Positions 39,251 to 47,610 of a stretch of 64,000 nucleotides of DNA are shown one piece after another. Origin of the DNA: a virus. A model generated the notes under the pieces. It made no database searches and had not been told where the DNA came from. It saw only the letters and a program-made list of their open reading frames with translations. Within the stretch, counting starts at the first letter, position 1. The number at the start of each line of letters is the position of its first letter. A program made the position numbers and the translations under genes. The stretch spans positions 32,001 through 96,000 of IMG/VR virus record IMGVR_UViG_3300032799_000664; one strand, given 5' to 3'.

Positions 39251-40578
39251 CAGACGTCCTCCATGACGAGGTGAATGCCGTAGTCCGGACACGGCACGGC
39301 GTGGTTCGGGGTGTACAACCAGATCACCGGGATCGGGATCCGATTCTCCGGCTCCGGCGCCGGGGCGTAGCCATCAGTGCAGTAGACCAGAACGTCGCAG
39401 CCCTTGTCGCCCTGCAAGTGACGCTGCACGTGCTCAAAGACGGGATTGAAGTCGGTACCACCCTGGCCCTTGATGGTGAGATCGACGTCCGCCTCGGACT
39501 TCACGTCGTAGACGGTCTGCAGATCAGCGTCGCAATAGATGACGTTGAGCGCCACGTCGCTCTCCATCCGCACGATGTTGATGAGCTCGGCGATGCCCCG
39601 CTCCAGCTCGGCGGTGCCCATCGAACCCGAGGTGTCCAGCGCGAAGTAGATCGAGAAACGGCGGTCACGGGCGCGGCCGGGGAAGGGCAGCACGTGTGGG
39701 ATGCCGAACATGCGGCGGTTGGGACGCGCCATGCCGCGTGCCAGCTTGGTCTGCCGGGTGCGCATGACCAGCGTACGTAGCAGCGACGGCCAGGGGATGG
39801 TGGGCCGGGCCAAGTACTTCTTCAGCAGCTCGTCGATGCCCGCCGGAATCGTGCCCCGGTTCTTGGCGTCGCGGTTGTGCTCCTCGAGCGCCTTCTCGAC
39901 CACGTTCTTCGCTTCTTGCTGCATCCGGTCGGCGAGGCCCTGCAGCTCTTCCGAAGTGGCACCTTCGAGTTCGCTGGTCCAGCGGTCGTGAGACCCCCCG
40001 GCCGCGTCCTTGAACGCCTGCTCAAGACCTTCGACACCCATGCCTCCGGTGACGTGCACGACCCGCACCCGCTTGAGCAGGGCGATTTGGTAGACCTCGT
40101 AGGGTTGGTTGCGCGGCAGATTGAACTGGTCCGGGATGAGGAGCGGGCTGTCCTCGGGTTCTTTCGAGCCGGGCGTACCATAGAAGGGCTTCGCCATCGA
40201 CGACTTGTCGAAGTCCTTCTCGCTGCGGATGAGTTCGTTGTCGGCACAGTCCGCGCCGATGTTCATCACCGCACGGAAACGCCGCTTCTCCATTTCGCTG
40301 GTGACCGTGCTCAGCAGGTTGAGGTAACGGCTCAGGTGGTCACAGATGATGTGGATGAGTTCGTGCTGGCAGATGAGACGCAGCTTGGCCAGCGAGATCT
40401 TCTTGATGTAGTCGGGGTCGTAGTAGAGGCAGGGCCGCCCTTCACGACTGACGCCGACGCCCAGCGTACCCAACCCCGGCACGGCGATGCGATGCAACGC
40501 ACTCACGACGCGCGCACAGTAGTCGCGCACCTGGCTCGACAGGAGGTAGGTGAAAGCCTGTTCCAGTGTCGTATTCAT
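39250..40578 (-). CDS. metallopeptidase-like + VWA domain protein (DUF2201-type)
   Basis: HELIH HExxH motif; ALDTSGSM MIDAS, GQGGTDFNP, YCTDG. Confidence 0.85.
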   Translation of the reverse strand: MNTTLEQAFTYLLSSQVRDYCARVVSALHRIAVPGLGTLGVGVSREGRPCLYYDPDYIKKISLAKLRLICQHELIHIICDHLSRYLNLLSTVTSEMEKRRFRAVMNIGADCADNELIRSEKDFDKSSMAKPFYGTPGSKEPEDSPLLIPDQFNLPRNQPYEVYQIALLKRVRVVHVTGGMGVEGLEQAFKDAAGGSHDRWTSELEGATSEELQGLADRMQQEAKNVVEKALEEHNRDAKNRGTIPAGIDELLKKYLARPTIPWPSLLRTLVMRTRQTKLARGMARPNRRMFGIPHVLPFPGRARDRRFSIYFALDTSGSMGTAELERGIAELINIVRMESDVALNVIYCDADLQTVYDVKSEADVDLTIKGQGGTDFNPVFEHVQRHLQGDKGCDVLVYCTDGYAPAPEPENRIPIPVIWLYTPNHAVPCPDYGIHLVMEDV

Positions 40579-40597
40579 CGGTTGCCTTGGTTCCCTC

Positions 40598-40626
40598 TTG
40601 CACCCATCGTGAATTTACCGGAGAAT
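40598..40626 (+). promoter_or_regulatory. possible promoter TTGCAC-N17-GAGAAT
   Basis: in the divergent gap before 40638; spacer contains an ATTTAC half-site. Confidence 0.35.
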
Positions 40627-40637
40627 AGCCGCAGGAG

Positions 40638-41660
40638 ATGGCCATGGACATCCGCGACCAGTACCACGACCCGGCCTACGGTACGCTGTACCATCTACTG
40701 CAGGCCCGGCCCACGGCCGCCGCCTTCGTCAAGAGCGCGGAGCTGGATCCAGCCCGCGCCGCTGACCTGCCCGACACGGCCTTCGCCTGGCCGGCGCGCC
40801 GGCTGTTCCCCATCGACTCAGCGGAGAACACCGTCCTCTCGTCGCTGTACCGGGAGAAGACGGCGGCGGTGCCGGCAGAGGTCGACGCGGAGCTCGCGCG
40901 CGCCCAGGACATCTACAACGTGCGTGAGATCGTGGCCCAGGCCCGCCAGGAAGCCCAGGCTGCCGAGCAGGTGAAGACCGCGGCGGCCGAGACCGCGGCG
41001 GTCTACCTGCTGCCACAGCACCACCGGCTGCGCGTCAAGACCGCCGCGGACGTCAAGGTCGCCGAGAAGCTGCTGATCCAGCAGTACGACCGGCTATCCA
41101 TGGAGGACCGCGCCGAAGGCTTCACCAACCTGGTGAAGGTTGCGCGGGACCTGAACGTCGGGCTCGAACCGATGACGCATCGCATGGCCGGCATGACGGT
41201 CTGCACCACCAAGGTCGCGGCTGACCTCATCGAAGCGCGGCGCATGGCCACCAAGGAACCACTGTTCCAGCAGGCCTACGTCAAGCTGGCGAGCGCCTTC
41301 CGCGGCAAGGGCGAGTTCATCCAGGACCGTGACCAGCTGGTCGCGGCCGCCGACGCCCTCGCCCGTCTCGACAAGGAAGCCGGCCTCGATCGCCTCTACG
41401 ACCGGAAGCTCCCCGATGCGGTGCAGACGATCTTCAACACCACGAAGCTCGCCGAGCCGATGATCAATCTGGCGGGCCGTGAGGTCACGCTCAGCAAGCT
41501 GGCGGCCCTGCCATCGACGTTCTGGGAAGACGTGGTCGGCAAGGATCTGCTGCGGGACATCACCGACAGCAGTGGCAACATCGACCACACCAAGCTCGGC
41601 CAGGTGCTCCACACCCTGCCGCTGGACCTGAAGCTGATCCTCAAGCACCAGGTGCCGTGA
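40638..41660 (+). CDS. hypothetical (likely head/virion) protein rich in K-x-A motifs
   Basis: 340 aa, AGGAG RBS; repeated KTAA/KSAE/KLAS/KVAA. Confidence 0.65.
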   Translation: MAMDIRDQYHDPAYGTLYHLLQARPTAAAFVKSAELDPARAADLPDTAFAWPARRLFPIDSAENTVLSSLYREKTAAVPAEVDAELARAQDIYNVREIVAQARQEAQAAEQVKTAAAETAAVYLLPQHHRLRVKTAADVKVAEKLLIQQYDRLSMEDRAEGFTNLVKVARDLNVGLEPMTHRMAGMTVCTTKVAADLIEARRMATKEPLFQQAYVKLASAFRGKGEFIQDRDQLVAAADALARLDKEAGLDRLYDRKLPDAVQTIFNTTKLAEPMINLAGREVTLSKLAALPSTFWEDVVGKDLLRDITDSSGNIDHTKLGQVLHTLPLDLKLILKHQVP

Positions 41661-41661
41661 C

Positions 41662-42435
41662 GTGGCACTGAGCCTCGCGCAGGTTGAAGCTCAACTGCTG
41701 GCGGTGGCCCAGACGCCGCGCCGCGCCGCGAAAACTGCGGCAGCGAAACCCACCGCGGCCGCCGCCAGCGTACAACGCCGTGATGCCGCTCAGCTACTGA
41801 CCGATGCCGGCGCATCAGCCAGCGGTTGTCTCCAAGCATTCGAGCTACTCTGTGGTGAAGGCTTCCGCGTCTGGGAACCCGAGACGCTCTGGTTGACGTT
41901 GGACCGTCTCGGCGTCGATCTCCCGGTGGTCAACCGGGACAAGATCCTGGCGGGGATCACCCTCGGAATCGTGCCGGCCTTCTGGTGGGAAGTCCACGCC
42001 TTCGAGAACACCGTCCTAGCTTTCAACGGACTCGTCAGTCTGCCCGAAGCACTGCAAGAAGCTACGCCGGCGCAGATGGCTTGGGGCGTCTTCGAAGCCG
42101 AGATGATCTACCGCGACCTCGGCGACGAAGAACCCGAGTTCGATCGCGAGCCAGTCATCTACGCGGCCACGGTGCTGCACCGCGCCGGCTACGTGCGGGC
42201 GCCGGACCTGCTCCACTTCGCCCAGCGTGAGCTCGACCGGTTCAACAAGAATGGCAGTGGGCTCACGGTCACCGAAGTGGACACTGCCTGGAAAGCGCTG
42301 AAGAAGCACCCCCTCGAAGAATGCAGCTTAGGTGAGACGGCCCTCGACGTGCAGCTCGGCCGTTTGGCCAGCGTCGAGCTGCACGTCGAGGAGATGTTGA
42401 AGCGCTACCGCGACGACCTGGCGAAGCTCCGCTAG
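41662..42435 (+). CDS. hypothetical protein
   Basis: 257 aa ORF directly after the previous gene. Confidence 0.65.
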   Translation: MALSLAQVEAQLLAVAQTPRRAAKTAAAKPTAAAASVQRRDAAQLLTDAGASASGCLQAFELLCGEGFRVWEPETLWLTLDRLGVDLPVVNRDKILAGITLGIVPAFWWEVHAFENTVLAFNGLVSLPEALQEATPAQMAWGVFEAEMIYRDLGDEEPEFDREPVIYAATVLHRAGYVRAPDLLHFAQRELDRFNKNGSGLTVTEVDTAWKALKKHPLEECSLGETALDVQLGRLASVELHVEEMLKRYRDDLAKLR

Positions 42436-43889
42436 GCCAACGGGTCCGGCCCGCCGCCTTCCTTCTGGGCCTGCTGGAGCGCGTCAGTGATACCGCGGAT
42501 GTGGCGCTGGTAGCTCTGCTGCTTCGCCAGCTCCTTGCTGAGTTCCGACAGGTAGGACGAGACGTCGCTGATGCCCTCCTGCGCCGCACGCAGCTTGCTG
42601 GCGATGAACGAGACCGCGAGGTCCGACGGCAGGTCACCGAGGAACAGCGCCAGCTTCGGGGCCACGTCCTTCGGCCCAGGCTTGGTGCCGAGCAGCATCG
42701 TGGCCACGTTGGAGCACAGCTCGCCGAGAACGTCGTGCCGCGCGTCCTCGACCAGCTTCAGCACCTTCTTGCGCACGGTGCTCTTCTCGCTGTACTTGCC
42801 GAGCACGTCGGCAGTGGCGATGACCACAGCGCGGTTCTTCATGTACTCGCAGAACTGCGAACCCGTGACCTCGCCGACGTGCCCGCAGATGCAGGCTTGC
42901 AGCGCGTCGCTGATGCCACTGCCACTGCCACTGCTACCACTGCCGCTGTTTTCGAGGATGCCGGACTCCTCCGCAGCGCTCAGCAGCTTGCTGACCTTCT
43001 CCCAGGTGGCGGGCGACGGGTAGACCTTCCCCGCCAGGCGCAGCTTCGGATCGTAGAGCGCGACGTTGTTGTCCTGGATGTAGTCGACAACGTGCGAGTG
43101 GAACTTGCCCCGGGCGTAGGACAGCCACCCCGCGACGTTGCAGGTGACCGCGACGAAGCACAGCCGGCGCTTGATGGCGGGGTCCTTCTCGGCCTCGTTG
43201 ACCGAGTAGGCGCCGTCGGAGGGGTTCATCGCCGCGATGATCTGCGTACCCGCCTTGATGACCTCCACACCGTGAACCTGCCCGTCCTCCATCAGCGTGA
43301 AGAACGTCTTCACCGTGCCCTTCTCGCCGCGGTTGTACTCGTCGAAGAAGAGTCCGCACTCCGGCGGCAGGTCGAACAACTCGCGGTTGATGAGGAACTC
43401 CATGGTGCCGTTGCGCCGCGTACGCTCGTCGAGGTGTGCGATCGTCCGCGCCGTCTCGAGCACCTGTGACTCGAGACTCCGAGCGATTTCCTTGAACTCG
43501 TCATGATCGCCCTGCGTACGCACGAACAACGCGAGCTGCTGCATCTGGGTCGCGCGCTGCAGCAGGTCGCTCTGCTTGGCTTGCGACGGATACGGCACGG
43601 CGATGTCCTCCGGCTGGAGATGCTGGAGGTAGAACGCCAGCAACGGCACCGAAGTCGTCCACTCCTTGTTCTTCCAGGTGAACGGCTTGCGCGGCCGGCG
43701 CCGTGCGAACACCTGCCGGACGATGTGGCTCTTGCCGATGCCACTCTCGCCCACCAGGCAGATGACGTTGCCAGTGTCGCGGTTGGCGTCGATGGCGGCC
43801 ATGGCCGCCTGCAGACCAAAGAGAGGGATGCCGAGCTTGCGGTAGAACGTCTCCTCGGCGTTTTCGTCGGACTTCTTGGCCATCGTCAC
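42432..43889 (-). CDS. MoxR-like AAA+ ATPase
   Basis: GESGIGKS Walker A, FFDEYNR Walker B, IAAMNP, DPAIKRR, PSPATW. Confidence 0.85.
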   Translation of the reverse strand: MTMAKKSDENAEETFYRKLGIPLFGLQAAMAAIDANRDTGNVICLVGESGIGKSHIVRQVFARRRPRKPFTWKNKEWTTSVPLLAFYLQHLQPEDIAVPYPSQAKQSDLLQRATQMQQLALFVRTQGDHDEFKEIARSLESQVLETARTIAHLDERTRRNGTMEFLINRELFDLPPECGLFFDEYNRGEKGTVKTFFTLMEDGQVHGVEVIKAGTQIIAAMNPSDGAYSVNEAEKDPAIKRRLCFVAVTCNVAGWLSYARGKFHSHVVDYIQDNNVALYDPKLRLAGKVYPSPATWEKVSKLLSAAEESGILENSGSGSSGSGSGISDALQACICGHVGEVTGSQFCEYMKNRAVVIATADVLGKYSEKSTVRKKVLKLVEDARHDVLGELCSNVATMLLGTKPGPKDVAPKLALFLGDLPSDLAVSFIASKLRAAQEGISDVSSYLSELSKELAKQQSYQRHIRGITDALQQAQKEGGGPDPLA

Positions 43890-44359
43890 TTCTCCTCGGG
43901 GGTGCGATCATCGAGGTAATCGCGCCCTGGGTAAAGCTTCACGTGGTCGGTGAGGTAGGCCACGGCGCCATCACCGTGTCCGAGAGCCATGAGGAACGCG
44001 GCCAGGTTAGCCGCGTCCGTGGGGTTGTGCATGTGCAGCTTCTCCATGAGGTAGCTTGGCGTGATGTAGCCGCTGAGATCGAACGCATAGAAGCCGCCCC
44101 AGCTGGTGCCTATCGTCCACAGCCCGACGAACGTGTAACCATCTGGACAGTCGGGGTGTCCGACCTCACAGGCCAGCGTCTCGTCGAAGAGGCACACCGT
44201 AAAGCGCGTACCGCGAGCACAGAATTCGACCAACACCGGATACGTACGCGCTTCGAGGAGCCGTGCAACTTCGGCAACGCCGGCGGGCTTGTCGAGATGA
44301 ACTTCGCCTGCCCATTGCGGCTTCTTTACGGAGTTGGTATCGTGGGTCTTGGAACCCAT
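43886..44359 (-). CDS. hypothetical protein
   Basis: 157 aa; GGAGG RBS; GTGA overlap with the ATPase start. Confidence 0.6.
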   Translation of the reverse strand: MGSKTHDTNSVKKPQWAGEVHLDKPAGVAEVARLLEARTYPVLVEFCARGTRFTVCLFDETLACEVGHPDCPDGYTFVGLWTIGTSWGGFYAFDLSGYITPSYLMEKLHMHNPTDAANLAAFLMALGHGDGAVAYLTDHVKLYPGRDYLDDRTPEEK

Positions 44360-46994
44360 GGATATTCCTCCACAACTGCGCTCGGACTTGGCGCAGCACC
44401 TGCTGTACCTGGATGGACAACCGTTCTCGCTCGGGGACTACCCCTTCTACCACGCCATCTACGACGGTAACTACCAAGGCATGCTGCTGAAGTCGGGCCG
44501 GCAAGTCGCGAAGTCGACGACGCTGTGCAACTTCCTTATCAGCGAAGGCATCGGGACCAGCCACTTTCGCAGCTTGTACGTATCACCGTCGCAAGAGCAA
44601 ACCCGCAAGTTCTCCAACACCCGCGTCGGCAAGGTGTGTCTCTACTCTCCGCTGATCAAGCAGTACTGGGTCGACGCCTCCGAGCTGAGTCAGCGGACCA
44701 TGCTGCGCATGTTCCGCAACGGCTCCGAGATTTCGTTCACTTACGCACTCGATGATCCTGACCGCGCCCGTGGCAACACCGCAGACCGCTGTTGCTACGA
44801 CGGCGAAGCACAAGTGCTGACTAAGCGCGGCTGGGTGTCGGTGTGTGCTCTGGCGTCGGATGACCTGGTAGCAGATGTCACGGATGCTGGGCGCGTTGAT
44901 TGGAGCGCCCCCATGGACATCTTTACCAAGAAGTTCACGGGTCGCATGATCACCTTCCGCCATCGCGGATTCCAGTTGCGGGTGACCGATGACCACAAGA
45001 TGTGGGTCAATTTCCACGTGAAAGCGGACGCGGCGTATAAGCAGTCTGACGACTATGTGTTTGTGCCAGCGGGCACGCTTGCCACAACTGAGCGCATGGG
45101 CTTCAAGATGACCTGCGTCGCGGAGTGGTCGGCGTCGACGCCAGCATGGCGTCACTTTAATGGTACACCTACGCGGATGCGTGGGCAGCAGGAAGCGCTG
45201 CAATTGCCGTACACCGCATTTGCGCGGCTGGTTGGCTGGTATATCGCGGAGGGCCACATCTCGTGGCGGCGGTACCGTGCCAACGGGGCGCGCAAGTGTC
45301 CACGACCGGTCCTCACGCAAAACGTCAGCCGTGGTCTACAAGACATTACTGATACCATCGACGCCTGCGGGCTACAGTACAACGTCGGACGCGGACGCAA
45401 GGGAGCGGCGGAGGCACGCCGCGTCATCGTAGGCTCGGAGACTTTGGGGTGGTACTTCGCCGACCTGGGTAAGTCGTACGACAAGTACATCCCTCGAGAG
45501 TTCTTTGAGAGTCCTGCCCTGCTGGAGCAAATCCTGCAGGGCATCTATCTCGGCGACGCCAGTTATCACCGAGGCGAGGCGTGGCAGAACGGTACACTGC
45601 GAACGCGGTCGCGGCGCTTGGCGGAAGACGTACAGGAAGCATGGCTGCGTCTGGGCCGCCCAGCGGTGATTCACACGCGTCAAATGACCGGCGCACCGCT
45701 GTACGAGGTTCTCTCGTACAACCGGGACTACCTTATTTTCTGGCGTGCGGAGTTCAACACGAAACGGCGTGTCATCGTCGAGCAGGTCACCGACGAAGAT
45801 GTCTACTGTTTCACCGTTAAGCATCACCGCCCTATCGTAAAGGGCACCTTCCGTTCGTTGCCGGTGGTCTGTTCCAACTGCTACGACGAGGTGCAAGACA
45901 TCCTCTACGAACCGGTTATCCCGGTCATAAACGAATGTATGGGCAACTCGGAGTACGGCTACGAGACGTACGCCGGCACGCCCAAGACCATGGAGAACAC
46001 CATCGAGTACCTCTGGTCCATCTCGACTCAGAACGAGTGGATCATGAAGTGCGATGGGTGTGGTCGTTACAGCTTCATCGATAACGCGAAAGCGGTGGGC
46101 AAGGTTGGTCCCGTGTGCGTGAAGTGCGACCACGCCCTGAACCCGCGTAACGGACAGTGGTACTCCTTCAAGCCGGAAGCAACCCTGACCGGTTTCCACA
46201 TCCCCCAGCTCATCCTGCCGCGCAACGCTGAGCAGCCCAACCGCTGGCAGCGCATCCTGACCAAGCTCGCGCGCTACAGCGACACCAAGTTCAAGAACGA
46301 GGTCCTGGGCATCAGCGATGCTCTCGGCGCGCGCATCATCTCGAAGCAGGAGCTCGAGGCGCTGTGCGAGGACTACGACATTTACCGGCAACCCTCGCCG
46401 GGCATCAACATGGAGTACCGCCATGTCGTCGGCGGCGTGGACTGGTCGGGCGGTGGTACAGAAGGCGTGTCGCGTACCGTCGTCTGGATCTGGGCGGTCA
46501 CCAAGAACCACCAGTTGCGCACGCTCTACTACCGCGTCTATCCCATCACCAGTCCGGTGAGCATCGTCGACGACGTGGCGGAAGCTTTGCAAGCTCACCA
46601 CGTCGAGCTGGTGATCGGTGATCGTGGTGAAGGCCACCTGGCGAACGATCTCTTGGCGCAGCGTCTGGGGTCGAACCGCGTCTCTCAGGTGATGTACGGC
46701 GCCCAGGCCCGGACGATTTCCTGGAACGAGAAGGGGTTGTTCTACACCGCAGACCGCACCACGTTGATGGACAACTACTTCATGGTGCTGAAGCGCCAGG
46801 GCGTCATCTTTCCCCGGCTCAGCTGCATGCTTGAACCGATCACCGACATCCTCAACATCTACGAGGAGGTCACGGTCAACGGCAAGAAGGTCTGGCGGCA
46901 TGCGCCGACCCAGCCGGATGACTGCTTCCACGCACAGCTCTTCGGCTGGCTCGCCGCCAAGGTGCTGCTGATGGACCTGACCTTCACTGGTTGA
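44358..46994 (+). CDS. terL: terminase large subunit (lambda GpA-like), intein-containing
   Basis: KSGRQVAKST Walker A; after splicing RARGNTADRC-CYDEVQD Walker B; GTPK, CDGC/CVKC, GFHIPQL, GGVDW nuclease motif, PDDCFHA. Confidence 0.88.
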   Translation: MDIPPQLRSDLAQHLLYLDGQPFSLGDYPFYHAIYDGNYQGMLLKSGRQVAKSTTLCNFLISEGIGTSHFRSLYVSPSQEQTRKFSNTRVGKVCLYSPLIKQYWVDASELSQRTMLRMFRNGSEISFTYALDDPDRARGNTADRCCYDGEAQVLTKRGWVSVCALASDDLVADVTDAGRVDWSAPMDIFTKKFTGRMITFRHRGFQLRVTDDHKMWVNFHVKADAAYKQSDDYVFVPAGTLATTERMGFKMTCVAEWSASTPAWRHFNGTPTRMRGQQEALQLPYTAFARLVGWYIAEGHISWRRYRANGARKCPRPVLTQNVSRGLQDITDTIDACGLQYNVGRGRKGAAEARRVIVGSETLGWYFADLGKSYDKYIPREFFESPALLEQILQGIYLGDASYHRGEAWQNGTLRTRSRRLAEDVQEAWLRLGRPAVIHTRQMTGAPLYEVLSYNRDYLIFWRAEFNTKRRVIVEQVTDEDVYCFTVKHHRPIVKGTFRSLPVVCSNCYDEVQDILYEPVIPVINECMGNSEYGYETYAGTPKTMENTIEYLWSISTQNEWIMKCDGCGRYSFIDNAKAVGKVGPVCVKCDHALNPRNGQWYSFKPEATLTGFHIPQLILPRNAEQPNRWQRILTKLARYSDTKFKNEVLGISDALGARIISKQELEALCEDYDIYRQPSPGINMEYRHVVGGVDWSGGGTEGVSRTVVWIWAVTKNHQLRTLYYRVYPITSPVSIVDDVAEALQAHHVELVIGDRGEGHLANDLLAQRLGSNRVSQVMYGAQARTISWNEKGLFYTADRTTLMDNYFMVLKRQGVIFPRLSCMLEPITDILNIYEEVTVNGKKVWRHAPTQPDDCFHAQLFGWLAAKVLLMDLTFTG
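44793..45878 (+). mobile_element. intein with LAGLIDADG homing endonuclease (362 aa)
   Basis: N-terminal CYDGEAQVLTKRGW, VTDDHKMW, LVGWYIAEG and LQGIYLGDA motifs, DVYCFTV, terminal CSN followed by Cys. Confidence 0.88.
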
Positions 46995-47220
46995 GTCCCT
47001 GCTACGATAGTGCGCGCCTTCGAGAGCTTGCAAGAAGGCGAGGTTTGCTTTCCGGGGCTTCGCGCCACGGAAAGGAAACCGAAGCCGCCGCAGCGAGTTC
47101 TCGAAGGGAAGTGCTTCCGGTACTCGCGCTGCAACTCTTGGCTGCACAGATGACGACGTAGCGTCGTCGGGCCACTGGTGGGTCACACCCTCTCCCAACA
47201 GCAGTTCTTTACCAGGGACT
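46994..47220 (-). ncRNA. retron-like msr/msd unit A
   Basis: IR AGTCCCTG 46994-47001 / CAGGGACT 47213-47220; hairpin GACGACG-TAG-CGTCGTC 47152-47168; 15-bp stem 47017-47031/47093-47107; plus-strand start CTACGAT. Confidence 0.6.
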
Positions 47221-47225
47221 GAGAA

Positions 47226-47422
47226 ACCGGTCTACTTCGTTGGAAGCGACGCGGCAGGTCCTCGAGGTCGGCAGGTGGTTCGGCGTCTCGATAACCGCGG
47301 GAACTGCACGAGGAGTGGAGTAGCTCGTCGCGGCGGATCCGATCAGATCAGGGTTCTCGCAGAGAACCAGACCTGAATGCCGGCGTGGCACCGGCGGCCT
47401 TTGCAGGACTAACTAGACCGGT
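47226..47422 (-). ncRNA. retron-like msr/msd unit B
   Basis: IR ACCGGTCTA 47226-47234 / TAGACCGGT 47414-47422; hairpin 47379-47395; minus-strand CCT-GCAA-AGG; plus-strand start CTTCGTT. Confidence 0.7.
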
Positions 47423-47499
47423 ACGTAGCGTCACAACTTCCGTGCACTGCCCACTTCGTTTGCGCTTAGCGCCGGCGGAGGAGTTCCGTTGGCGACCTG

Positions 47500-47606
47500 C
47501 ACCCACTTCGTTTCCCGGATGTGCTCGAGCAGGGTCCATCCAGTTTACGCAGTAAAGCACACTAATGGCGGCGTGACGCCGCCAGCACTTTCAAGTGCTC
47601 TGGGTG
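47500..47606 (-). ncRNA. retron-like msr/msd unit C (short msd)
   Basis: IR CACCCA 47500-47505 / TGGGTG 47601-47606; hairpins TGGCGGCG-TGA-CGCCGCCA and AGCACT-N4-AGTGCT; plus-strand start CTTCGTT. Confidence 0.65.
47543..47557. repeat. palindrome GTTTAC-GCA-GTAAAG (site 6, inside unit C msd)
   Basis: one mismatch to the dispersed palindrome. Confidence 0.55.
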
Positions 47607-47610
47607 AAAA

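Noticed and set aside
45372-47198. 608-aa minus-strand ORF and similar long antisense ORFs (e.g. 19565-21100, 39877-40974, 42501-43469)
   Set aside because: Shadow frames of well-supported genes, expected at high GC; no recognisable motifs
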